Positions 29,668 to 37,556 of a stretch of 64,000 nucleotides of DNA are shown piece by piece. The DNA is taken from IMG/VR virus record IMGVR_UViG_3300021959_006010, positions 124,001-188,000 of that record; one strand, written 5' to 3'. A program made the position numbers and the translations under genes. The notes beneath the pieces are model-generated. The model did not search any database. It worked only from the letters and a program-made list of their open reading frames with translations, and had not been told where the DNA came from. Position 1 is the first letter of the stretch, and each line of letters starts with the position of its first letter.

Positions 29668-31035
29668 TTATATTTTTTCGTGTACTTCAAATCCGCGGAA
29701 GGTTTTGAACCTTGGGAAACGAAGCGAGTAAGTACCATCTTGATTTTGTGTAATAGCATCTGCTCTAACCTCTACAAGTTGACCAACAAGAGCATCCCTG
29801 CTATTCCAAAAAGTAGTGCGGTTATCATCCGTAAATCCGCTACCGACATTAACCCTAATATCTTTCCCATCATCCACCCCAGAGCATACCAAAGCCCCGA
29901 GTCGTCCTTCGTTTCGTCCTGTTCCATGTTCGTAACCCATTACTTCCAGTGTAACTTCAATAAACGGCTTTGCTTTAAGCCATGCATGTGTACGTTTACA
30001 CTCGTATGGAGCATCAACGTCTTTAATCATTACACCTTCATAACCACCTTCTACGGCTGCTTTATTAAGCTCTACAAAACGTTCTTGGCCTTCAGGTGTG
30101 TCCAAGTCTACTTCTTCCCAGTCCAGTGCTTGTACGTGCTTTAAAACGTCTGCGTGTTCTTCTACCCATGCTTTAGTAATTGCACTACGAAAACTCTGTG
30201 GCTTATCCCAAGAACCGTTTAGGAAGTTGCCTAGCGGAATAGTATCAAACAAATGCAGTACTGCATCTCCAGCGGCTACATTATCCTTGCGATGCACTTG
30301 CTTCATAAGATCCTGGAAGTTAGCACTCATTACTTCGCCGTCAAGTACTAGTGGATAAGGCACAGGATATTCTTGTACCACAGCACGAATCTCTTCAATG
30401 ATGTGATCAAAGTTGTGGAACTGTTTGCCGTTACGGCTGTACATTTCAATCTTCTTGCCGTGACGATCGTGGATTACAACTAATACACGAACACCGTCTA
30501 GTTTGATTTCGATCTGCTTCTTGCCAATCATTTTCTTTTCGTGGTTAGCAGAATCGTGTGCAAGAGCACAAGTAAACACAGGAACAGTGCCTGGTGCGAC
30601 TTTGTTTACAGTTTTCTCACTTACGCCACAACGCAAGTCTTTGATAAGGATTCTACGATACCAATCATTCCACTGTTCTGTAGTAGCAACACTCATTGCC
30701 AATTCAATAGCATCACGAGCGGCATGTCCTGTTAGCTCGCGATCACGCAGTTGTTGTGCTAGTTTAAGGAAACTATTCCATCCAAGACCTTGTCCTTCGT
30801 CTACTTCTTTAGTAGGAACCTGCTTAACACCAAATGTTACAAGTGGATCAAGTGCCATACGCAAACCTTCAAAGAACTCTGGAAGTCCTTCGTCGTATGC
30901 TGCTTTAAGAATTGCTTCCTTATCTAAGCGACTGTTGTGTGTTTCTAGTGCGTGGATAATATAGGTAGGTTGTGTTCTCATAGACTCTAAATAATCACCT
31001 GCTGTTGTAAATTTAAGATCGCCCATTTCGCTCAT
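29668..31035 (-). CDS. ATP-dependent DNA ligase
   Basis: KLDGVR (motif I), VLDGE, EGVMIK, WLKAK, SLRFPRF; true start may be MRTQP. Confidence 0.92.
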   Translation of the reverse strand: MSEMGDLKFTTAGDYLESMRTQPTYIIHALETHNSRLDKEAILKAAYDEGLPEFFEGLRMALDPLVTFGVKQVPTKEVDEGQGLGWNSFLKLAQQLRDRELTGHAARDAIELAMSVATTEQWNDWYRRILIKDLRCGVSEKTVNKVAPGTVPVFTCALAHDSANHEKKMIGKKQIEIKLDGVRVLVVIHDRHGKKIEMYSRNGKQFHNFDHIIEEIRAVVQEYPVPYPLVLDGEVMSANFQDLMKQVHRKDNVAAGDAVLHLFDTIPLGNFLNGSWDKPQSFRSAITKAWVEEHADVLKHVQALDWEEVDLDTPEGQERFVELNKAAVEGGYEGVMIKDVDAPYECKRTHAWLKAKPFIEVTLEVMGYEHGTGRNEGRLGALVCSGVDDGKDIRVNVGSGFTDDNRTTFWNSRDALVGQLVEVRADAITQNQDGTYSLRFPRFKTFRGFEVHEKI

Positions 31036-31256
31036 GCCATTGCCCCTTCTACTTTTGCTAGCACTGCTTTTGAATGTTTACAGTAACCGTGGAATGCAAA
31101 CCCAGTACAATCACAGTTAAACCCTTTGTCGTGTAGTTCTACACTATATTCTTTGCCTTTAGAACCTTGCATAGGCCAGACAATGCCTACCATCCAATGA
31201 TCTTTAGGATCAAAGATAGTAGGCTTTAGATATCGTTCAAACTTTGACTTTTTCAT
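31032..31256 (-). CDS. SWIM zinc-finger protein
   Basis: CDC-x7-YCKH pattern. Confidence 0.7.
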   Translation of the reverse strand: MKKSKFERYLKPTIFDPKDHWMVGIVWPMQGSKGKEYSVELHDKGFNCDCTGFAFHGYCKHSKAVLAKVEGAMA

Positions 31257-31549
31257 ATTTGCCTCGGTTTTGTGCCTGTTAAAAAATACATTTTATTTAT
31301 AATAGCATCAACATCCGATTCTGTCAACCATCCTTTTATCGTATCTCCCTCTTGAGTGACACCCGGTAGTTCTTTCATATCACCATCTTTAAATACACAA
31401 ATTTCGTACAATCCTTGCTTTCCGCCGTAACCATCGTCAATTATACTCAAGTCATAGTTTCCAAAATTTAATATAATTTGTCCGCCTGCTTCTGTTACAA
31501 GGCTCTTGTGTTGTTTTTTGGTCATCCATTTAAAGTCTTTCAGTTTCAT
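31253..31549 (-). CDS. Hypothetical protein
   Basis: 98 aa, coupled ORF. Confidence 0.6.
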   Translation of the reverse strand: MKLKDFKWMTKKQHKSLVTEAGGQIILNFGNYDLSIIDDGYGGKQGLYEICVFKDGDMKELPGVTQEGDTIKGWLTESDVDAIINKMYFLTGTKPRQI

Positions 31550-31550
31550 A

Positions 31551-31781
31551 TTACCACCCTGGTGCTGAATAGTCTGTGTGTTTCTTGTACATTGCCATGC
31601 CGTCTAGGCCGTAGGCAGGGCAAACCGAAATAAATTCCGGTAAGCCCATATCATCTTTTTCTCCACCTTCGCCACAGATAAAGTAAACACCTTCAAGTTG
31701 CTCTGCTTTAGAATGCTTCAAGATAGTTTTCAGTTTCTGGAATAGTTCGTATTCCTTTTCAGTAATCTCAATCATTTTCAA
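31551..31781 (-). CDS. Hypothetical protein
   Basis: 76 aa, coupled ORF. Confidence 0.6.
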   Translation of the reverse strand: MKMIEITEKEYELFQKLKTILKHSKAEQLEGVYFICGEGGEKDDMGLPEFISVCPAYGLDGMAMYKKHTDYSAPGW

Positions 31782-31998
31782 AACATCCTCTTCCTGTTTG
31801 ATGTTCCCAAGTCAGTAGTCCTGCTCGCGGAGCATTAGGCTTGGTGCATACTCCCCAGTCTGCGTCAAGTGCCCAAAACCACTTGCATCCACAGCTACAA
31901 TCTGGATAGTCGTCTCCATCAGCCCAACGCTCCACTTCCCCACCGTAGTCTTTGTAGTCGGAAGGGAGCACCTTTACGATGCTCCAATCTATTTTCAT
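31768..31998 (-). CDS. Cys/Trp-rich hypothetical protein
   Basis: 76 aa; CSCGC...C...C. Confidence 0.55.
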   Translation of the reverse strand: MKIDWSIVKVLPSDYKDYGGEVERWADGDDYPDCSCGCKWFWALDADWGVCTKPNAPRAGLLTWEHQTGRGCFEND

Positions 31999-32534
31999 CG
32001 TACTCTCAATTCCTCTATGTTAACAGGAGTGTAGTTAATTTGCTCTACACACACGCATCTGTGGAATTCAGTTGGCGATGGATTCTGGTGGATGTGTCCG
32101 TGTACGTTTACCATACTGCCTTCGCCAAATCTGTGACTTTCGCCTAATGTACTATTGTGTACAGGAACGTGGGTCAATAACAATCCAAACTCGGGGAACA
32201 TTCTCCACATGTCAATCTTGCCCCACCAGCCTCCGGCAGCGTGGAACTTGATGTTGTCGTGGTTACCAACAATCAAACGCTTCTGTCCGTTCAACCGAGG
32301 CATGTTAGTGTCCATCCACTCTTGCTTGCGAGTGCCAAACAACACATCGCCCAAGTGGTACACTTTGTCACCTGGCTTGACTACACTGTTCCAGTTAGCG
32401 ATCATCTGCTCGTTCATATCTTCAACGTCAGTAAAACGATCGCCACGAGTAGGACGTCCGTCAATGTCAGTAAATGTCAAAATGTTAGCGTGATCAAAGT
32501 GTGTATCACTGATTACCCAAATATCTCTAGCCAT
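31995..32534 (-). CDS. Calcineurin-like metallophosphoesterase
   Basis: DTH, HLGD, GNHD, HGHIH motifs. Confidence 0.88.
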   Translation of the reverse strand: MARDIWVISDTHFDHANILTFTDIDGRPTRGDRFTDVEDMNEQMIANWNSVVKPGDKVYHLGDVLFGTRKQEWMDTNMPRLNGQKRLIVGNHDNIKFHAAGGWWGKIDMWRMFPEFGLLLTHVPVHNSTLGESHRFGEGSMVNVHGHIHQNPSPTEFHRCVCVEQINYTPVNIEELRVR

Positions 32535-32562
32535 GTCATGACCCTCTTATCTAATTTATTTT

Positions 32563-32591
32563 AGTTTAACATCTATTAGCTAGTCTGTCAA
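32563..32591 (-). promoter_or_regulatory. Sigma70-type promoter
   Basis: TTGACA-17-TAAACT. Confidence 0.7.
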
Positions 32592-33715
32592 CTTCTAAAA
32601 ATCAAGTTGTACATATCTTTGTTTACTTCTTCAAACGAAGTTCCGTAAAAGTTATCTAAATCAATTACATATTGTTTAAATTTTTCAACTTGTGCAGGAT
32701 TGTACATGCCAAAGCTATCTTCTAAAATATCTTTTACACTGTCTGTTACTAGTTTGTGTTGTATTAGCCATTGTTTAGCACTATCTTTTAGATTTCTTGC
32801 ATCTAAGAAAGAAGGATAATTTGTAACAACTTGGCTACGGTCAAACTCTTTTAGTCCTAGCGATTCAATATATTTTTCTATCTTTTTACTTTGATTGATA
32901 TTAAACATACTTAAAGTTACACTAATTCCGACATATATAGATTTGTGTTCTATAAAACTTAGAAGACTTTTTAAATTGTTTTCAAATTGATTCCATATAG
33001 AGTGTTGTCTTACATAATCATTAACTTTTCCTATTCCGTCAATACTTACATAGATATGTGTAGTTTTACACTTTTCAAATATTTCTAACCATTGTTCTGT
33101 AAAAGGTTCGTGTAAATTAGTCGGCATTTCTAGATGTATTTTTTCCAATTGTCCTATACTATCTAGATGTTCTAATAATGCTAAATGCTTTTTCTGGTAA
33201 GTAGGTTCTCCGCCCATCAATTTTAAAACTTCAAGAGATGATAAATCTAATGTGCTCCATTCAAAAAACTCTATTCGTTCTGTTCTAATATGTTCGTACT
33301 CGTTAGGTAATTTTACATTGAACCATTTGCTCGAACTCCGTGGCATACACATTCTACAAGCTAAATTACAAGCATTACCTGGAGTGATCTCTAGGAATCT
33401 TAGTTTTTGATCTAAAAAGTCCTTGTTGTCTAATAAATGACGGAACTGTTTTAGTTTATCTAATCTATAACTTGAATGTCTCAACGATTCTGCTTTCCAA
33501 CAAGCACTACATCCTTGTGGTTTTTCTCCTCGAAGAAACTGTTTTTGTAGACCTATATAATCAGTTGAATTTAATAAACCAGACTCGCCAACTGAATCTA
33601 ATGTACCGTTATATCGACAACACGGTTTAATATTATCTGTTTCGATAAGTTTATTATGTCCTGCTAGTGTAGAAGAAATAAATGGCAATACACAAAACGT
33701 ACTTGGTAAAATCAT
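32588..33715 (-). CDS. Radical SAM protein with an N-terminal auxiliary Cys cluster (twitch/SPASM-like)
   Basis: CNLACRMC; FCVLPF...PCC...GCSACW; MGGEP; VSIDG. Confidence 0.85.
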   Translation of the reverse strand: MILPSTFCVLPFISSTLAGHNKLIETDNIKPCCRYNGTLDSVGESGLLNSTDYIGLQKQFLRGEKPQGCSACWKAESLRHSSYRLDKLKQFRHLLDNKDFLDQKLRFLEITPGNACNLACRMCMPRSSSKWFNVKLPNEYEHIRTERIEFFEWSTLDLSSLEVLKLMGGEPTYQKKHLALLEHLDSIGQLEKIHLEMPTNLHEPFTEQWLEIFEKCKTTHIYVSIDGIGKVNDYVRQHSIWNQFENNLKSLLSFIEHKSIYVGISVTLSMFNINQSKKIEKYIESLGLKEFDRSQVVTNYPSFLDARNLKDSAKQWLIQHKLVTDSVKDILEDSFGMYNPAQVEKFKQYVIDLDNFYGTSFEEVNKDMYNLIFRS

Positions 33716-33736
33716 ACTATTACTTATTTTTTAGAT

Positions 33737-33811
33737 TGGAGTGAGCGGCGAGACTCGAACTCGCATGAGACAGATTTGCAATCTGTTGCCTAACCTTTCG
33801 ACCACGCTCAC
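33737..33811 (-). tRNA. trnC: tRNA-Cys(GCA)
   Basis: GTGAGCG/CGCTCAC acceptor stem, U73, CCA encoded, ACAGA-TTGCAAA-TCTGT, GTTCGAG T-loop. Confidence 0.95.
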
Positions 33812-34125
33812 ACTGTATATTCTACTTCTGGTATGCCTATTTTTTCAATTGCGTGTTGGCATACACGACACGGCTTTGCTAATCTAGGATTACCATCTCT
33901 GTCATAGCGTTCGATTACAATCTTTCTGATTGCAGTCCAATCTTTGCATTTACGCAGAGCGTCAATTTCTGCGTGTAGGAAAATTGCATCAGGCTTACCT
34001 GCTTCAACTGCAAACTTACCTTGCAGTGGATGGCTCTTTGTGTAACTGTTTGTACCAACTGCTAACTTGCGTCCTCGCTTGTCATACAGTGTTGCAGTTA
34101 AATTAAATTCGCCTCTGTTTTGCAA
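33808..34125 (-). CDS. Zinc-dependent deaminase (CDA/dCMP/TadA superfamily)
   Basis: HAE...PCRVC; TTG start with AAGGA RBS. Confidence 0.85.
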   Translation of the reverse strand: MQNRGEFNLTATLYDKRGRKLAVGTNSYTKSHPLQGKFAVEAGKPDAIFLHAEIDALRKCKDWTAIRKIVIERYDRDGNPRLAKPCRVCQHAIEKIGIPEVEYTV

Positions 34126-34144
34126 TAGTCCTATCCTTTAAAAC

Positions 34145-34222
34145 TGGTCGGGGATGCAGGATTCGAACCTGCGGCTTTTCCGCCCCAAACGGAACACTCT
34201 GACCAAACTGAGCTAATCCCCG
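34145..34222 (-). tRNA. trnP: tRNA-Pro(UGG)
   Basis: CGGGGAT acceptor stem, TTCCG-TTTGGGG-CGGAA, CCA encoded. Confidence 0.95.
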
Positions 34223-34296
34223 TGGCATAGGTGGAGGGAGTCGAACCCCCATTAACGGTTTTGGAGACCGCTGTGTTGCCATTACACCACACCCAT
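34223..34296 (-). tRNA. trnW: tRNA-Trp(CCA)
   Basis: GCGGT-CTCCAAA-ACCGT, G73, CCA encoded. Confidence 0.95.
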
Positions 34297-34332
34297 AAAA
34301 AAAGCCCCTAACATTATTAGTGCTAGGGGCTT
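34297..34332 (-). terminator. Intrinsic terminator immediately upstream of tRNA-Trp (attenuator terminator)
   Basis: GCCCCTAGCA-ctaataa-TGTTAGGGGC followed by T7. Confidence 0.88.
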
Positions 34333-34354
34333 GTCAACGTAATAAAAAGTCACG

Positions 34355-34417
34355 TCAAGACATACCCCTGCATCCTGGAGGCCAACAAGTAATGTTTGTT
34401 GTGTTAGTCTTGAACAT
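34355..34417 (-). CDS. Putative attenuator leader peptide MFKTNTTNITCWPPGCRGMS
   Basis: AAAGGA RBS 7 nt before ATG; consecutive TGT TGG CCT CCA codons; last codons overlap the antiterminator arm. Confidence 0.75.
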   Translation of the reverse strand: MFKTNTTNITCWPPGCRGMS

Positions 34418-34446
34418 GTATCTATCCTTTCATTTAGTATGCGTAT

Positions 34447-34475
34447 ACTATAACTTATTTATCTCTGTGTGTCAA
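34447..34475 (-). promoter_or_regulatory. Sigma70 promoter, with embedded ATAAATA, driving the leader and tRNA-Trp/Pro/Cys cassette
   Basis: TTGACA-17-TATAGT; ATAAATA at 34456-34462 within the spacer. Confidence 0.85.
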
Positions 34476-34645
34476 CCGTTTTTTGAATTATTTTCTTCTA
34501 TTTTACATCCGGCTTTAATACCACAATGTGGACAACTAAACTGATACCTATCAATTTTCATTTTTTCCATTGTAGCATATGTAAACCAGTTCTTGCAATT
34601 TCCGCAAGTTAGATGCCAAATAGTTTCTTTTACTGCTTTGAACAT
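34472..34645 (-). CDS. Small zinc-ribbon protein (57 aa)
   Basis: Hand translation MFKAVKETIWHLTCGNCKNWFTYATMEKMKIDRYQFSCPHCGIKAGCK...; two CxxC. Confidence 0.65.
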   Translation of the reverse strand: MFKAVKETIWHLTCGNCKNWFTYATMEKMKIDRYQFSCPHCGIKAGCKIEENNSKNG

Positions 34646-34661
34646 AGTTTACTTTCTTTTA

Positions 34662-34737
34662 TGGTGCCGGTGCACGGACTCGAACCGCGGACCTACTGAT
34701 TACAAATCAGTTGCTCTACCAGCTGAGCTACACCGGC
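34662..34737 (-). tRNA. trnT: tRNA-Thr(UGU)
   Basis: GCCGGTG acceptor stem, ACTGA-TTTGTAA-TCAGT, CCA encoded. Confidence 0.95.
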
Positions 34738-34743
34738 TAAAGT

Positions 34744-34905
34744 TTATTCTGTTACTTCCTCTACAGGTGCAACATAACCTCTTTTATTTAGTTCCGCAAC
34801 TGCTTTGCTTTTGTGTTTACGGTTGTTATTATCTTGCGATGCACGTACTAGAGCTTCGTTGCTCATTGTGCTTACTTTTACTTCGTTAATCTTTGGCGAT
34901 GCCAT
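34744..34905 (-). CDS. Small hypothetical protein (53 aa)
   Basis: MASPKINEVKVSTMSNEALVRASQDNNNRKHKSKAVAELIKRGY...; GAGGA RBS. Confidence 0.6.
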   Translation of the reverse strand: MASPKINEVKVSTMSNEALVRASQDNNNRKHKSKAVAELNKRGYVAPVEEVTE

Positions 34906-34928
34906 AAGTATTTCCTCGTTAAGTTATT

Positions 34929-35003
<75 letters not shown>

Positions 35004-35009
35004 ATTGTA

Positions 35010-35100
35010 TGGCGGAAACGGAGGGATTCGAACCCTCGGTACGCTTATCACGTACGGCTCCTTAGCAGGGAGCTGGTTTCAGCCACTCACCCACGTTTCC
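35010..35100 (-). tRNA. trnS: tRNA-Ser(GCU)
   Basis: GCTCC-CTGCTAA-GGAGC, long variable arm, CCA encoded. Confidence 0.95.
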
Positions 35101-35169
35101 TATAAAACATATCCCCGCTTTATCAGATACGTTGCATCAGCTATACTGTATGCAGGATATGTTTTAACT

Positions 35170-35245
35170 TGGCTCCCCGAGCTGGACTCGAACCAGCGAC
35201 ATACGGATTAACAGTCCGGTGTTCTACCAACTGAACTATCAGGGA
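35170..35245 (-). tRNA. trnN: tRNA-Asn(GUU)
   Basis: TCCCTGA acceptor stem, CGGA-CTGTTAA-TCCG, CCA encoded. Confidence 0.95.
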
Positions 35246-35251
35246 ATAAAC

Positions 35252-35752
35252 TTATTTTGCGTTGATGACTACATTAATAGGAATTCGATCACCAATACTG
35301 TACTGGTTGTATGTATAACTACTTCCCTGCACACCACTCCATTCGTATGTAATGCGATAGTTCTTTAGTTTTTCTACAGTTTCTTGTCTGTACTCTTTAG
35401 TACAACGTTGCTCTTGGCGATATCCGACAATGCCTTGCTGTTGTCCTTTGTCCGCCGCAATCACTCCGCCAAGAACAGCACCAGCCGCTGCACCATTATC
35501 TTTACCAGTAACTCCTTTACCAAGTAGTCCTCCGATAATCATGCCTGTTAACACATCTCCACCTGAGGCTCCGCTGCCAACATTGCCATAGATTGGCACA
35601 TCAACAGTACTACAAGACTGATACGGTGTTGTAAAAATTTGTGTTTCGTAATTAGCTTCAACTTGTGTGATAGTTGCTAATGGTGTCTTATCTGCAAGAG
35701 CGGGTGACGCCGTCGCTGCTAAGACAGATGCTGTAATAAGTAATTTTTTCAT
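35252..35752 (-). CDS. Secreted glycine-zipper (2TM) protein
   Basis: Signal peptide MKKLLITASVLAATASPALA; GMIIGGLLG...GAAAGAVLGG. Confidence 0.75.
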   Translation of the reverse strand: MKKLLITASVLAATASPALADKTPLATITQVEANYETQIFTTPYQSCSTVDVPIYGNVGSGASGGDVLTGMIIGGLLGKGVTGKDNGAAAGAVLGGVIAADKGQQQGIVGYRQEQRCTKEYRQETVEKLKNYRITYEWSGVQGSSYTYNQYSIGDRIPINVVINAK

Positions 35753-35776
35753 AGATCCCTTCCTTACCTTACGCAC

Positions 35777-35807
35777 TATTTATAACATTAATTGTAGTAC
35801 TTGTCAA
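35777..35807 (-). promoter_or_regulatory. Composite promoter: sigma70 whose -10 coincides with TATAAATA
   Basis: TTGACA-17-TATAAA(TA). Confidence 0.7.
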
Positions 35808-35973
35808 TCGGAAAAATGTGATCTTTCCAATAAATTTCCATAAATTCTTGAAGTTTATCGGGATACTCTTCTTTTTTTACAGTATCCATATACTCATTCC
35901 ATGTTTGATGTACAAGAATGTTTTTTGAAACCCATTCTTGTATATCTTCAAAAATCATTTCTTCAATTGTCAT
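35788..35973 (-). CDS. Hypothetical protein
   Basis: 61 aa ORF in gene train. Confidence 0.5.
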   Translation of the reverse strand: MTIEEMIFEDIQEWVSKNILVHQTWNEYMDTVKKEEYPDKLQEFMEIYWKDHIFPIDKYYN

Positions 35974-36205
35974 TTAAAATTTTTCTCAGTATACGTTCAG
36001 CTTCGGGATATTCTTCCATATTATCAACAATATTATCTACGTATTCCCAACGTTTCATTTCTTGTCTAGTTTTAATTTCTTCTTTAGTTATATCAGGCTG
36101 ATACGCAGGATTTAGACTTACACGGTAAGGCTGTGTCCAACTATGATAAACTTTGCCACGAAATTGATTATTCGACATTATACCACTCCTGTTTGTACTC
36201 GTCAA
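35963..36205 (-). CDS. Hypothetical protein
   Basis: 80 aa ORF; start may be MSNNQF. Confidence 0.5.
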   Translation of the reverse strand: MTSTNRSGIMSNNQFRGKVYHSWTQPYRVSLNPAYQPDITKEEIKTRQEMKRWEYVDNIVDNMEEYPEAERILRKILNDN

Positions 36206-36515
36206 TAATATCTACTGAGTTGATTCGCTCATAACGAAAGCTACGCCAACCCTTTGCATTAACATCCCAGACACCAACAACAGCATCTGATATTTCTCGA
36301 ACTTTCTTTTGACTCATTGTATCGTCTTTTGTAGCACGAGGTTTCATATCTTCGCGTAGTGTACAAGTCATTACTCGCTTGTCACCGTTGAGCTTAGTAA
36401 AATCAACCACTAGAACATTTTGCTCAAGCAGTGTCTTAAGTTCTTCCTTTACAGGAATACCCTTAAGACTTGCTACTGTTTCAGCGACTTGTGACGACTT
36501 TATCTGCGAGTCCAT
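36168..36515 (-). CDS. SH3/WYL-like beta-barrel protein (DUF2693-like)
   Basis: [17 protein letters not shown]...[13 protein letters not shown]. Confidence 0.65.
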   Translation of the reverse strand: MDSQIKSSQVAETVASLKGIPVKEELKTLLEQNVLVVDFTKLNGDKRVMTCTLREDMKPRATKDDTMSQKKVREISDAVVGVWDVNAKGWRSFRYERINSVDIIDEYKQEWYNVE

Positions 36516-37098
36516 TTTCTACTGCCTCTTCTGCTGTTAAAAATGTATCAAATTTCATAGTTTCGAAAAGTTCTTCGTAGGTCTTGCCTGCTGTGTTATG
36601 TTTTACATATAACTCAGTTAGACGTTTATTAACCTTCTGCGACTCTTCATAATGACGCTTTGCATCTTCAAACTGTAATTCCTGTACGTGTACACTGCCG
36701 CTAGTACCAGGAGTACCTGAGCTTACACGGTGTATCATTGTACGACTCTCTGGCAACACAATACGCTCGCCCGGTGCACCTGCTTGTGCTAAGAAACTAC
36801 CCATTGAACAGGCTTGACCCATTACAATAGTACGAACAGGTGATTTAATATATTGCATTGTGTCGTAGATAGCAAGTCCTGCTGTGACTGCGCCACCTGG
36901 ACTGTTAATATATAAATTAATAGCTTTATCAGGATTTTCGCTTTCGAGATATAACATCTGTGCAACAATAACATTTGCCATGTTGTCTTCTACTGGACCG
37001 TTAAGCATAATGATGCGATCCTTCATCAAGCGGCTGTAAATATCCCAAGAGCGTTCGCCGCGAGCTTCTTGTTCTACTACCATAGGAATAAGTGGCAT
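36481..37098 (-). CDS. clpP: Clp protease proteolytic subunit
   Basis: [26 protein letters not shown] (Ser), [19 protein letters not shown]. Confidence 0.95.
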   Translation of the reverse strand: MPLIPMVVEQEARGERSWDIYSRLMKDRIIMLNGPVEDNMANVIVAQMLYLESENPDKAINLYINSPGGAVTAGLAIYDTMQYIKSPVRTIVMGQACSMGSFLAQAGAPGERIVLPESRTMIHRVSSGTPGTSGSVHVQELQFEDAKRHYEESQKVNKRLTELYVKHNTAGKTYEELFETMKFDTFLTAEEAVENGLADKVVTSR

Positions 37099-37325
37099 TA
37101 TCGACGTCCTTCCTTAATATAACGCACTGCTGGTCCTGGACTAGTAAATTCCATACCGTGAGCGTTACCAACATAGATTTTTCCATTCCATTTCATTGGA
37201 ATTTTATTAGTGGCAACAAAAGCATCAAAACTTTGACCTTCTCTAAAGTTATCTACTTCTGCTTCTACAGCTATTTCACTACTAGTGTTAGTTAACATAG
37301 CTAATGTTTCGTGTATTGCTTTCAT
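37098..37325 (-). CDS. Hypothetical protein
   Basis: 75 aa coupled ORF. Confidence 0.6.
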   Translation of the reverse strand: MKAIHETLAMLTNTSSEIAVEAEVDNFREGQSFDAFVATNKIPMKWNGKIYVGNAHGMEFTSPGPAVRYIKEGRR

Positions 37326-37555
37326 TTTTTTCCTAGTAATTTAAGGTTTAATACAAAGTTTTCTACTAGTAGTTTAACAATAATTGCGCCATCTGTCAAG
37401 TGATTTCTTTCCATTTCTAGAACGTGCGTAGCCATCATTATATAGGCTTGTTCTTCTGTTATTGCTAATTCGCCCCAGTCAATAGGATCTACTGTTTCGC
37501 ATTCTTTGGCTAGTGCTACAAGGTTGCGAATTGCTTCGTCATCTACTTCAAACAT
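37322..37555 (-). CDS. Hypothetical protein
   Basis: ATG 37555 directly after the upstream stop, preferred to the track start 37645. Confidence 0.55.
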   Translation of the reverse strand: MFEVDDEAIRNLVALAKECETVDPIDWGELAITEEQAYIMMATHVLEMERNHLTDGAIIVKLLVENFVLNLKLLGKK

Positions 37556-37556
37556 A

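Noticed and set aside
26450-31035. Introns or inteins in the topoisomerase and ligase genes
   Set aside because: Lengths are normal and no splicing or homing-endonuclease motifs were seen
34310-34336. TTGACA inside the attenuator as an internal promoter for tRNA-Trp
   Set aside because: Best -10 (TAATGT) is at 15 nt spacing and those bases are accounted for by antiterminator pairing; disfavoured but should be tested by TSS mapping
35101-35168. Eighth tRNA or pseudo-tRNA between Asn and Ser
   Set aside because: No TTCG T-loop, D-arm or CCA
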